NCBI GenBank assembly: GCA_963662715.1
Contig: OY759724.1
Coordinates: forward strand, 1,560,001-1,592,000
DNA length: 32,000 bases
Reading direction: 5' to 3'
From: Candidatus Omnitrophota bacterium
GTDB taxonomy: Bacteria > Omnitrophota > Gorgyraeia > Zapsychrales > JANLHA01
Part shown: piece after piece, positions 16,339 through 23,816 of the stretch
Layout of the letters: each line of letters starts with the position of its first letter
Position numbering within the stretch: the first letter of the stretch is position 1
Translations under genes and position numbers: made by a program
The notes under the pieces: model-generated
Told to the model about the DNA's origin: nothing
Database searches by the model: none
What the model saw: the letters and a program-made list of their open reading frames with translations, nothing else

Positions 16339-16944
16339 ATGATCATCGTGATCCCAGGGAAAAGAATATTATTATTTTCGTTATTGTTTCTGCCGGCCTT
16401 CCTGCTCGGCGGTTGTTCGGCGGTGAAGACAACCGGGAAAGCGGTGGGAACTGTCGGGAAAGTCGGCTATCATACGGTAAGGGTCGCGGGGAAAGGTGCT
16501 GTTGCCGTGGGCAAGGCGACGGGCAAAGCCACGAAGACTGTTGTTCATATGGCCAGCGGCACGCAAGTCGTTCCTTTGGAGCGGAGAGGCGGTTTGATCG
16601 CGGAAGTTCAGTTGAATCGAAAGATCACGGCTAAGTTCCTTGTTGATACCGGCGCATCCCAGATGCAGATCTCTCAATCCCTGGCCCGCCGTTTGCATAT
16701 TGATTTGCGGAAAGCCGAGGCTGTTCCCGTACGGGTCGCAGGAGGGAGAGTGGTCTCCGCCCGTTCCGTTGTTTTGAAGGAAGTCAGGATCGGGCGTGCC
16801 CGGGTAAAAAATGTGCAGGCGATTGTCATCGACCGGGAAGGCGCCATGGATTATGACGGACTTTTAGGCATGTCATTTCTTAACCATTTTAATTTTCAGG
16901 TCGATACGGAAAACGCCCGTTTAATTCTTAAAAAACGTTCTTAA
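16339..16944 (+). CDS. retropepsin-like (clan AA) aspartic protease lipoprotein
   Basis: Lipobox LLGG-C. The catalytic motif is FLVDTGASQMQIS. GLLGMSFLNHFNFQVD is typical of bacterial retropepsin-like proteases (TIGR02281-type, from memory). Confidence 0.8.
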   Translation: MIIVIPGKRILLFSLLFLPAFLLGGCSAVKTTGKAVGTVGKVGYHTVRVAGKGAVAVGKATGKATKTVVHMASGTQVVPLERRGGLIAEVQLNRKITAKFLVDTGASQMQISQSLARRLHIDLRKAEAVPVRVAGGRVVSARSVVLKEVRIGRARVKNVQAIVIDREGAMDYDGLLGMSFLNHFNFQVDTENARLILKKRS

Positions 16945-16958
16945 GGGAGACCGATATA

Positions 16959-17537
16959 TTGAATGATTTTTTGCGTCAAGAGGCTCCTGCCTCCTGGCCG
17001 TGTCCGAAATGCGGTGCGCTGCTGGATCATCGGGGGGAGTATGTCTCCTGTCCGCAATGCCGCAGTATCCCGCTGCTTTTAGATGCCCTTGATTATATAG
17101 GAGTTTTGATCATTACAAACAGGGACGTGTCTGAAGATATCCAATGGTGGAATGAAAATGGATGTATTCAGGCGTTCATCCTCGCTAACCCTTTATTGGC
17201 CGATGTTCTCAAGAATCTTTACCTGCAGGGGCCGGATAAAGTGCGCACGGCTTACCGCAGCGGTGTTGTTGTGACAACACAGGAGATTGCCGATCCTCTG
17301 CTATGGACGGAGAAAGCCTTGGAGCTGGTTAAGGTCAAAGAGGGGGAAATCATTTTGATTCAGCACGGGATCATTTATATGACTTTGCCTGACGGACAAG
17401 ACGTTAAATGCGGTTTGTTGAATGTTTTGGCTTGTTCAGATAATATTTTGCTGAATCCCAAACAGAATGATTCGCCCCCGGTGTATATTGTGGCCATGAA
17501 CAGGCAATTTGTCCCTCTTTCCGGGCGTCCCGGTTGA
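16959..17537 (+). CDS. hypothetical protein with an N-terminal zinc ribbon
   Basis: TTG start at 16959, 9 nt after AAGGGAGA. CPKCG-x13-CPQC. The remainder is unassigned. Confidence 0.5.
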   Translation: MNDFLRQEAPASWPCPKCGALLDHRGEYVSCPQCRSIPLLLDALDYIGVLIITNRDVSEDIQWWNENGCIQAFILANPLLADVLKNLYLQGPDKVRTAYRSGVVVTTQEIADPLLWTEKALELVKVKEGEIILIQHGIIYMTLPDGQDVKCGLLNVLACSDNILLNPKQNDSPPVYIVAMNRQFVPLSGRPG

Positions 17538-17802
17538 TGTGATGGCATAAGGTCTTTCCTTCTTTTCATCCTTTCCCGGAAAAATTTTTTATTAAAAACA
17601 CCCTTCCTTTTTTGTCCCGTCCCCCCCCGGTGACGGATTTTGTTCCGTTTGTTGACATTTTTTTTACAGTTTTTTTGCACCCGGATGACATCCGTCAGGG
17701 TGTTTTATGTCATATTCAAGATAGATTTGTTTGTAACTTTTTTGCACAAACCACGTTTATCTTAAGAGGCCACGCCGGTGCGGGGCACGGGAGAAAAACG
17801 GC

Positions 17803-18087
17803 ATGAAATTCCGAAGACCATATAATCCAGGGAGATATAGCCATTTGTACATCCATCACATGCTTTATTTCCCCCGGACGAATACGGTTCTCGCTGCTGC
17901 CCGGGACAGCTTAACCGGAAAGATGTACTTGTTTATGGTGAGAAGAGAGCAAAAAAACGTATATCTGCGGAACGCGCTTCAGGATATCTGGGAAGCCGTA
18001 ACGGATAAAAATGAGTATCGGAGCATTCTGCAGCTTATGAACAAGGCCTTGGCCGGCAGGAAAGCCCTCGTCATTATTTGTAATTGA
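17803..18087 (+). CDS. small hypothetical protein
   Basis: GGGAGA lies 9 nt upstream of ATG 17803. A 94-aa ORF with no family assignment. Confidence 0.4.
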   Translation: MKFRRPYNPGRYSHLYIHHMLYFPRTNTVLAAARDSLTGKMYLFMVRREQKNVYLRNALQDIWEAVTDKNEYRSILQLMNKALAGRKALVIICN

Positions 18088-18167
18088 CCGTTGTTTTATT
18101 CTATCAGCTTGTTGAAGCTGTTCAATTGTTTAAGTGTCGGGAAAACCTTACTCAAGGAGGCGTTATT

Positions 18168-19220
18168 ATGATACGAAGAATCATGGCAAAGATTGCTGTT
18201 TGGGGAGCTGTTATTGGCCTTTTCTTTTCTCCCGCTGTTCACGCTGAACACCCGCGGGATATCCGGGATTACATCCAGTCGCTGGAAGTCGGGGAGCCGG
18301 TTTACCATGATAACCTGACGATCATTCCTGTTTATTCAGCTCATATCCAGGACCGCAGGGATTACACGACGCTGGATGATGCCCTGGCCAGCAATTGGCT
18401 TAGTGTTACGGAAATAGGACAGGGAGGTCAGGTGCCGCAGGTTGAACTCAACAATTACTCGAACAGAACGATTTTTATTATGGGCGGGGAGATTATTTCC
18501 GGAGGCAAACAGGACAGGATTATCGGCCGGGAGGTCCTTTTAAGCCCGAGAGCGCGTCGTGTTGTCGTTCCGGTCTATTGCGTCGAACAAAACCGCTGGC
18601 AGTATCAATCAGAAAAATTTTATAGTAAACAGAATCTGGGAACGTGGAATTTGAGATCAACCGCTCAATATGCTCCGGTCGGCGCCCAGTCCGCCATCTG
18701 GGGCAATATCGAAACAGCGCAGAGGGAAATGGGCGTCCGTTCCAGCACCAATGCCTACCAGGATACGTATGATCAAAAAGGCGTCCGCGATAAAATCGTG
18801 AAACATGAACGGCATTTCAGCCGTATCCCGCAGCTGCGCCGCGATACGGTCGGAGTCGTCGTCGGCGTGGGAGGCCGCATCGTTAATGCCGACCTTTTCG
18901 CAAATCCGGCGCTGTTTCAGAAATTATGGCCTAAAATACTGAAATCATCGGCTTTGGCGGCCATCGGGTCTAGAAGGAGCGGTAGCGTAAGCCAGGAAGA
19001 TGCGGCCTGGTTTATCCGCAGACTTTATGACACGTCTTATCAGAGGAAATCGGCTGTTGATCTGGGGGCGGAATTTTCCGCTTACGAAGGCAGCAATGTT
19101 AATGTCATCGTTTGCCGGAATGCCGTCATTCATCTGTCGGCATTCTTGGATGAGACCGGCACGGAGTATGTTCCTGTCAGAAGAGATACCGAACGGAGAA
19201 TCCCTGTGATGAGAAGGTAA
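18168..19220 (+). CDS. secreted DUF6569-like protein (family recalled, not verified)
   Basis: AAGGAGG at 18154-18160, ATG at 18168. Signal peptide ...FFSPAVHAEH. LTIIPVY, LSVTEIGQGGQVPQVELNN, IFIMGGEIISGGKQDRI, CVEQNRWQY and QSAIWGNI match my memory of an uncharacterised family whose members I believe are labelled DUF6569 / ARPP-1-like. Confidence 0.6.
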   Translation: MIRRIMAKIAVWGAVIGLFFSPAVHAEHPRDIRDYIQSLEVGEPVYHDNLTIIPVYSAHIQDRRDYTTLDDALASNWLSVTEIGQGGQVPQVELNNYSNRTIFIMGGEIISGGKQDRIIGREVLLSPRARRVVVPVYCVEQNRWQYQSEKFYSKQNLGTWNLRSTAQYAPVGAQSAIWGNIETAQREMGVRSSTNAYQDTYDQKGVRDKIVKHERHFSRIPQLRRDTVGVVVGVGGRIVNADLFANPALFQKLWPKILKSSALAAIGSRRSGSVSQEDAAWFIRRLYDTSYQRKSAVDLGAEFSAYEGSNVNVIVCRNAVIHLSAFLDETGTEYVPVRRDTERRIPVMRR

Positions 19221-19251
19221 GTATATGAACCACGATAATTTTTAGGATTTT

Positions 19252-19280
19252 AAAGGGGAATATGTTTATTATTCCCCTTT
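19252..19280 (+). terminator. hairpin between convergent genes (terminator candidate)
   Basis: An 11-bp stem: AAAGGGGAATA (19252-19262) pairs with TATTCCCCTTT (19270-19280) around a 7-nt loop. The 3-prime arm overlaps the last codons and stop of the minus-strand regulator gene. On + it is followed by GCTGTT, so the U-tract is only partial. Confidence 0.5.
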
Positions 19281-19970
19281 GCTGTTAAAACGGTAGCCGA
19301 CGCCGTGCACGGTCAGAATATGGCGGGGTTGCGCGGGATTGTCCTCGATTTTCTTGCGGAGATTCGCGATATGCTGGTCAAGGGTCCGGGTTGTTCCTGT
19401 ATACTGTATGCCCCAGATTTCATCCAGGAGTGTCCAGCGGTCCAGCACCTGGCCGTCATGATTCGAAAACAGCCTGAGAAGTTCCACCTCCCGGGGGCTG
19501 ATATCAAACTCTTTCTTCCCTTTATACGCTTTGAGTTTTTTGATATCGACGGTTATGTCCCCGAATTGGATCGGGTCCTGGCTGGTGTGCGGCCTGCCCT
19601 TAAGTTGGCTGCGTCTTAAAACCGCCCGAATACGGGCCAGGAGTTCATTGACGCTGAAGGGTTTAACTATATAGTCATCGGCCCCGAGTTCAAGCCCGAC
19701 GATTTTATCGACTTCCTGCCCTTTGGCTGTCAGCATCAGGATAGGCGTACGGGGATCTTTTTTCCGTATTTCTTTGCACACGTCATATCCGCTTTTCTCC
19801 GGGATCATGATATCCAGAAGGATGAGGTCAGGGCGTTCGGCCCTGTAAAGGCTCAGGGCCTTTTCTCCGTCTCTGGCGGAAAAAACCTGGTAGTTTTCAT
19901 CCATAAGCAGATCATTCAGGCCGGTCAGGATATGGACGTCATCTTCAACGACGAGTATTTTCTTTTTCAT
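19269..19970 (-). CDS. OmpR/PhoB-family response regulator
   Basis: REC landmarks are VVEDD, LLDIMIP, LTAKG and VKPF. The winged-helix output has RTLDQHIANLRKKIE and VHGVGYRF. Confidence 0.95.
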   Translation of the reverse strand: MKKKILVVEDDVHILTGLNDLLMDENYQVFSARDGEKALSLYRAERPDLILLDIMIPEKSGYDVCKEIRKKDPRTPILMLTAKGQEVDKIVGLELGADDYIVKPFSVNELLARIRAVLRRSQLKGRPHTSQDPIQFGDITVDIKKLKAYKGKKEFDISPREVELLRLFSNHDGQVLDRWTLLDEIWGIQYTGTTRTLDQHIANLRKKIEDNPAQPRHILTVHGVGYRFNSKGE

Positions 19971-21862
19971 GGAAGATCCTTTTGTAAGGGTAATTGTATC
20001 TGAAACATGCTTCCGTCTTCTCCGGGAATGCAGGAGATGTCCCCCTGGTGTTCCCGGATGATTTGCCGGGCGATCGTCAGGCCCAGTCCCGTGCCCCGGG
20101 TCCTGGCCGTCAGACTGTCATCAACACGGTAAAAGGCTTCAAATATCTTTCTGGCATTGGACGCGGATATCCCGATCCCCTTGTCTTCGACTTTAATCAG
20201 GACGGAATAATTGTCCGTTTCTATATTGATATCTATGACCTTCGTATCCGCGGAATATTTTTCCGCGTTTGATAAAAGGTTGACTAAAACCTGTTTTATG
20301 GCTTCTTCATCAGCGTGAATATAAAGGGGCTCTGTTTGCGCCCGCAACGTTACGGTAAATCCTTTATACTCCAGCCGGATCCTCTGGCCTTCGGTGACCT
20401 GCCGGCAGAGCTGGACGATGTCTATTTTTTTCATTGTGTAACGTTTTTTCTTCTGCCCGATTTTCGTGAAATCCAGGACATTATTAATGAGCCGGTTGAG
20501 CCGTTCAGTTTCAGACAAAATAATATCGAGATACTGCCGGCGTTTTTGTTCCGTGATTTCGCGTTTCTGTCTTAACATTTCGGCAAACATGCTGATGGAT
20601 GTTAGAGGGGTTTTAAGTTCATGAGAAACATTCGTGGCAAATGTTGTTTTCTGCTGGGCCAGGCGAATTTCACTGAAAAGGGAGCGCAGGATTAATATGC
20701 TGCCGAGGACAATGCTGATCAGTAGCAGAGAAATCAGCAGCCAGACCAGCATCGCGGTAGAGTTGGCCTTGGATATGATCTCCTGAGGGTTGGTCAAATA
20801 AGCGACCACCTCCCAGTGAGGGAGGACTTGGCTGATCTCTCCGGCGACAAAAGGGCTCCTCCAGTCCCGCTGACTTTCCTGGTGGGGCGTGATCAGCGGG
20901 TTGCCGTTCTCATCGAGAATGGTCAGGATCCTGACCTTGGAATACACGTCCGGGAGCAGTTTGATGATCTTTTCAACCAGCCGGTCCTGGTCAATAACGC
21001 ATCCTGATATGTAGCCCTCGGTTTCTTTTTTCCAGAAAAACAATCGCAACCTTCCGTCAAGAATCCGCGGGAAAATCCCGGCATCCTCCCCGGTAATGAT
21101 CTCGCTGAATTTGCGTGACTGGGAGATAAAGATCGATTCCAGCGGGGGCGGGGATGCCTTTTCTCCCTTGCCGGAAAAAGATTTCGAAAAGCTGTTCTTC
21201 CCTCCTTTTGGGGGAAGATTCACTTTCCGGTAGACAATTTTCTGCCCCTTGGATTCGGCCTGCTGATAGACTTTTTCCCGAAGAGGGGAATACTGTTCAA
21301 ATTGACTCTGGGCGTACTGGTCTTCGATGTCGTTTATGATTTGATAAGAGCTGTTTTGGGTGCTGCTCTGCCACATTTGACTGTTGGCTGCCAGGGTGTT
21401 TTGGTTGAGGATTTCATCTTTATAGGCGACAGCGATGTTTTCATAGACGGGGATGGATTCCTGGTCCTTGAAAAAGGCCGTATTCCATCGCAGGAAAAAA
21501 TTTTCTTTGGGACCCAGCCGGTAAGACGTGTTTGGAAAAATGATGTCTTTTTGCGGAGACAAGACAAAAGGCGTTTCAATGAACGAAGAGCGCCGTTTCC
21601 ATTGAAAAGCGATTTGATTGTAATCATGGTGCGGAAGGGAGACCGTTTGGTCAAGTTCGGTGTTGAGCTGTTTTAACAGACCGTTGATCAGAGATGTGAT
21701 ATGCCCCACTTCGGCCCGCAAGGTGTCTTCGAGCTGTTTTTTTAGATAAGCTTCTTCCCGTTCAACGCTTCGTACAGCAAGGAAGCTCAAGGCGAAGCTT
21801 GGAATGATGACGGCAAGAAGAAAATAAACGCTGAGATGAGGTTTGAAGATGAATTTTTTCAT
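19967..21862 (-). CDS. sensor histidine kinase with a large extracytoplasmic domain and no HAMP
   Basis: H-box SHELKTPLTSI, N-box LLSNAEKYS, G1 DKGIGI, G2 GTGLGLTI. Two TM helices bracket about 340 residues. The stop overlaps the regulator start (ATGA at 19967-19970). Confidence 0.95.
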   Translation of the reverse strand: MKKFIFKPHLSVYFLLAVIIPSFALSFLAVRSVEREEAYLKKQLEDTLRAEVGHITSLINGLLKQLNTELDQTVSLPHHDYNQIAFQWKRRSSFIETPFVLSPQKDIIFPNTSYRLGPKENFFLRWNTAFFKDQESIPVYENIAVAYKDEILNQNTLAANSQMWQSSTQNSSYQIINDIEDQYAQSQFEQYSPLREKVYQQAESKGQKIVYRKVNLPPKGGKNSFSKSFSGKGEKASPPPLESIFISQSRKFSEIITGEDAGIFPRILDGRLRLFFWKKETEGYISGCVIDQDRLVEKIIKLLPDVYSKVRILTILDENGNPLITPHQESQRDWRSPFVAGEISQVLPHWEVVAYLTNPQEIISKANSTAMLVWLLISLLLISIVLGSILILRSLFSEIRLAQQKTTFATNVSHELKTPLTSISMFAEMLRQKREITEQKRRQYLDIILSETERLNRLINNVLDFTKIGQKKKRYTMKKIDIVQLCRQVTEGQRIRLEYKGFTVTLRAQTEPLYIHADEEAIKQVLVNLLSNAEKYSADTKVIDINIETDNYSVLIKVEDKGIGISASNARKIFEAFYRVDDSLTARTRGTGLGLTIARQIIREHQGDISCIPGEDGSMFQIQLPLQKDLP

Positions 21863-21868
21863 GGTTTA

Positions 21869-21909
21869 TTCTAAGAGAGCTGCGGGTTCCGCCCGCAGCT
21901 CTCTTAGAA
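21869..21909 (-). promoter_or_regulatory. perfect 18-bp intercistronic stem-loop between the VWA and kinase genes
   Basis: 21869-21886 pairs base for base with 21892-21909 around the 5-nt loop TTCCG. I checked it pair by pair. It ends 6 nt upstream of the kinase ATG, and no U-tract follows on the transcribed strand. Confidence 0.7.
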
Positions 21910-21941
21910 GTAAATTCCCTTTTTGAGATTCGGAAAGGATA

Positions 21942-23411
21942 TCAGCGGCTCTGTTGTTTTTGCAGATTCTGGTCGTAAACGGACGTCTGATACCCCTGCT
22001 GTGCCGCCGCCGGGCTGTTGAGCGACGGCCCGCTGTTATATGACGCATCCAGATAATACGGTTCATACTGATTTGTTTTTTGTATCCAGCTGGAATTTTT
22101 CATCGATTTCCGCTGATACTTTGTCATGCGCTGCCTTTCATTTATTTCTTTGGCGAATTGTTTGTTGCCCTGAGCTTCGCTTAACAGTTTAGGATCATTA
22201 TCACATATTTGGGCTAGCTTTTCTAGTTCGGCCCCCTGCTTTTTAAGAAGGGAACTCGCTTCCTGGTATTGCCCTTTATCGGCCAGTTCGATGGCCTGGT
22301 CCTTTATTTCCGCTGTGCGTGTTAACGCCACATCCCGGAGGATGTCCTTGTTCTGGGCCCGCAGTACCGTATGCGTGTTATTGTCGTATTGGATCGTGAC
22401 GGTCCGTCTTTCCGTATATGTTTTCTTGCTGTAAGGATCAACGTAGTCGATTTGAACACGCGCGATTTCCATGGTGGCTCCCGGTCTTTGCGGCGGGACC
22501 CGCACTTCAAATAAAGCATATTTTTCGTTAAGCCCGTAAAGGTTGGGGATGCTGAGCTGCATGGCGTTGCGGGAAACCGTTCCTTCCCGGCCGATCGTTT
22601 TTAAGGGGATGACTCCCCGCGGACAATGAACCCGGATATTGATCGCTTTAGCCGTCAGCGTCATGGCCTCGCCGACTTCCTGAGCAAAGATCTGCGGAAG
22701 TTCATCGCTGTTTTGTGCAAAATAAGAATTGCCGCCGCTCTTCTGAGCCAACGCCGTCATGAGGTCTTCATTGTAATCCAGCCCCACACCTACCGTGGAG
22801 ACATTGATCCCGTCCCGGTCAAGGGACCCTCCCAGGTAGGAGAGCTCTTCTGTCGACTGGGGCCCCACATTCGCGAGACCGTCAGACAGCAAGATGATTC
22901 TGTTTATAAAATCTTCATTGAGATTCCGCTGCAGTTCCCGGGCCCCCAGAGTCAGTCCGCCGTAGAGCGCGGTTGATCCGCCGGAGCGGATTCCTGAAAT
23001 GGCACGGATGAAAGTGTCTTTGTTCTTTAAGGGGCGGGCGGAAAGCAGGACATGAGGCGCTGAATCGTAAACGACGAGAGAAACGATATCTTCCCGGTTC
23101 AGCCGGTTGATGATTTCAATCGCGGCGCTTTTGGCATTCTCCATTTTGTTTTGACTTCCCATGGATCCCGATTTATCCAGAACAATGGCTAAGTTAAAGG
23201 GCAATCTTTCCCTTTGCCGGTCCGGCTGCAGGGCCTCGAGAGCGACTTTGATAACCACCTGATCGTCTCTTCCGGCAAGGACAAGGGGTTTGTCGGTTTC
23301 CGTTGATATCCTGATCTGTGTCGTCGGTGTGTTATGCGCTGCCAGAGGCAGGGGCTGGTAAATCAAAGCTGTCGTAATAACAAAAAGGATGGTGAGGGGC
23401 GTTTTTTTCAT
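21942..23411 (-). CDS. secreted von Willebrand factor type A (VWA) domain protein
   Basis: Signal peptide MKKTPLTILFVITTALIYQPLPLAAHN. MIDAS residues are LDKSGSM, GGSTALY and LLSDGLAN. A Gln-rich C-terminal tail. Start set at ATG 23411, which has GGAGGA 4 nt upstream; the in-frame ATG at 23423 has no SD. Confidence 0.9.
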   Translation of the reverse strand: MKKTPLTILFVITTALIYQPLPLAAHNTPTTQIRISTETDKPLVLAGRDDQVVIKVALEALQPDRQRERLPFNLAIVLDKSGSMGSQNKMENAKSAAIEIINRLNREDIVSLVVYDSAPHVLLSARPLKNKDTFIRAISGIRSGGSTALYGGLTLGARELQRNLNEDFINRIILLSDGLANVGPQSTEELSYLGGSLDRDGINVSTVGVGLDYNEDLMTALAQKSGGNSYFAQNSDELPQIFAQEVGEAMTLTAKAINIRVHCPRGVIPLKTIGREGTVSRNAMQLSIPNLYGLNEKYALFEVRVPPQRPGATMEIARVQIDYVDPYSKKTYTERRTVTIQYDNNTHTVLRAQNKDILRDVALTRTAEIKDQAIELADKGQYQEASSLLKKQGAELEKLAQICDNDPKLLSEAQGNKQFAKEINERQRMTKYQRKSMKNSSWIQKTNQYEPYYLDASYNSGPSLNSPAAAQQGYQTSVYDQNLQKQQSR

Positions 23412-23569
23412 CTGGTCCTCCATGGAAATGGGTTGATTTTTAGGGAACGGCCGGTCTATCCGGGCCCCTTTATCCTGAAATCAGGTCCTGTCCTGATGCC
23501 TTTTTCGCAAGAAGAGCTGCGTTCATGTTTTAATTGTGACATGTTATGGCCGTGCCGTTGTCAGTCGGG

Positions 23570-23602
23570 AGTAAAAATAATGTAAAAGAAATGTAAAAAG
23601 AT
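23570..23602. promoter_or_regulatory. three GTAAAA hexamers phased at 11 bp (candidate response-regulator site or curved DNA)
   Basis: GTAAAA occurs at 23571-23576, 23582-23587 and 23593-23598. The units are aGTAAAAATAA, TGTAAAAGAAA and TGTAAAAAGAT. Confidence 0.35.
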
Positions 23603-23693
23603 GGGACGGCTGTTTAACGTTTTTCGGGGGGTGCTGATGTGAGAAAATTTCTTTAAGATGTCTTTTAATTGGTTTCGTAGGGTTCCTGATTTA

Positions 23694-23702
23694 TGTTATA
23701 CT
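23694..23702 (+). promoter_or_regulatory. extended -10 promoter candidate (TGtTATACT)
   Basis: TG at 23694-23695, one spacer nt, then TATACT at 23697-23702, about 115 nt upstream of ATG 23817. Confidence 0.35.
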
Positions 23703-23816
23703 ACCGATATTGTAGAATAAAACATGAGGTTGTTTTTGAACATGTTATGGAAAAATAGCCGTGGAAGGCCCCCAGGGGCCTGCGGGAAGGGACTTTTTTA
23801 AGGAAAGGGAGACGTT

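Noticed and set aside
17621-17628. A C8 homopolymer in the intergenic region, considered as a possible slipped-strand phase-variation tract.
   Set aside because: It is only 8 nt long and is part of the loop of a weak hairpin (CCGTC...GACGG). Nothing in the sequence supports variability, and population or long-read data would be needed.
17664-17680. Possible sigma-54 promoter, because of TTGCA preceded by a T-run. A second copy is at 17731-17746.
   Set aside because: The -24 element lacks the invariant GG at the required spacing (TTACAG and TTGTAA instead of TGGCAC).
21866-22066. A 66-aa minus-strand ORF covering the VWA-kinase junction.
   Set aside because: It overlaps the VWA C-terminus out of frame, and its end is simply the translated 18-bp hairpin.
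23766-23797. The hairpin AGGCCC-CCAG-GGGCCT followed later by TTTTTT, considered as a leader attenuator for the PNPOx-like gene.
   Set aside because: The T-run starts 12 nt after the stem, so it is not a canonical intrinsic terminator. The stem is only 6 bp.
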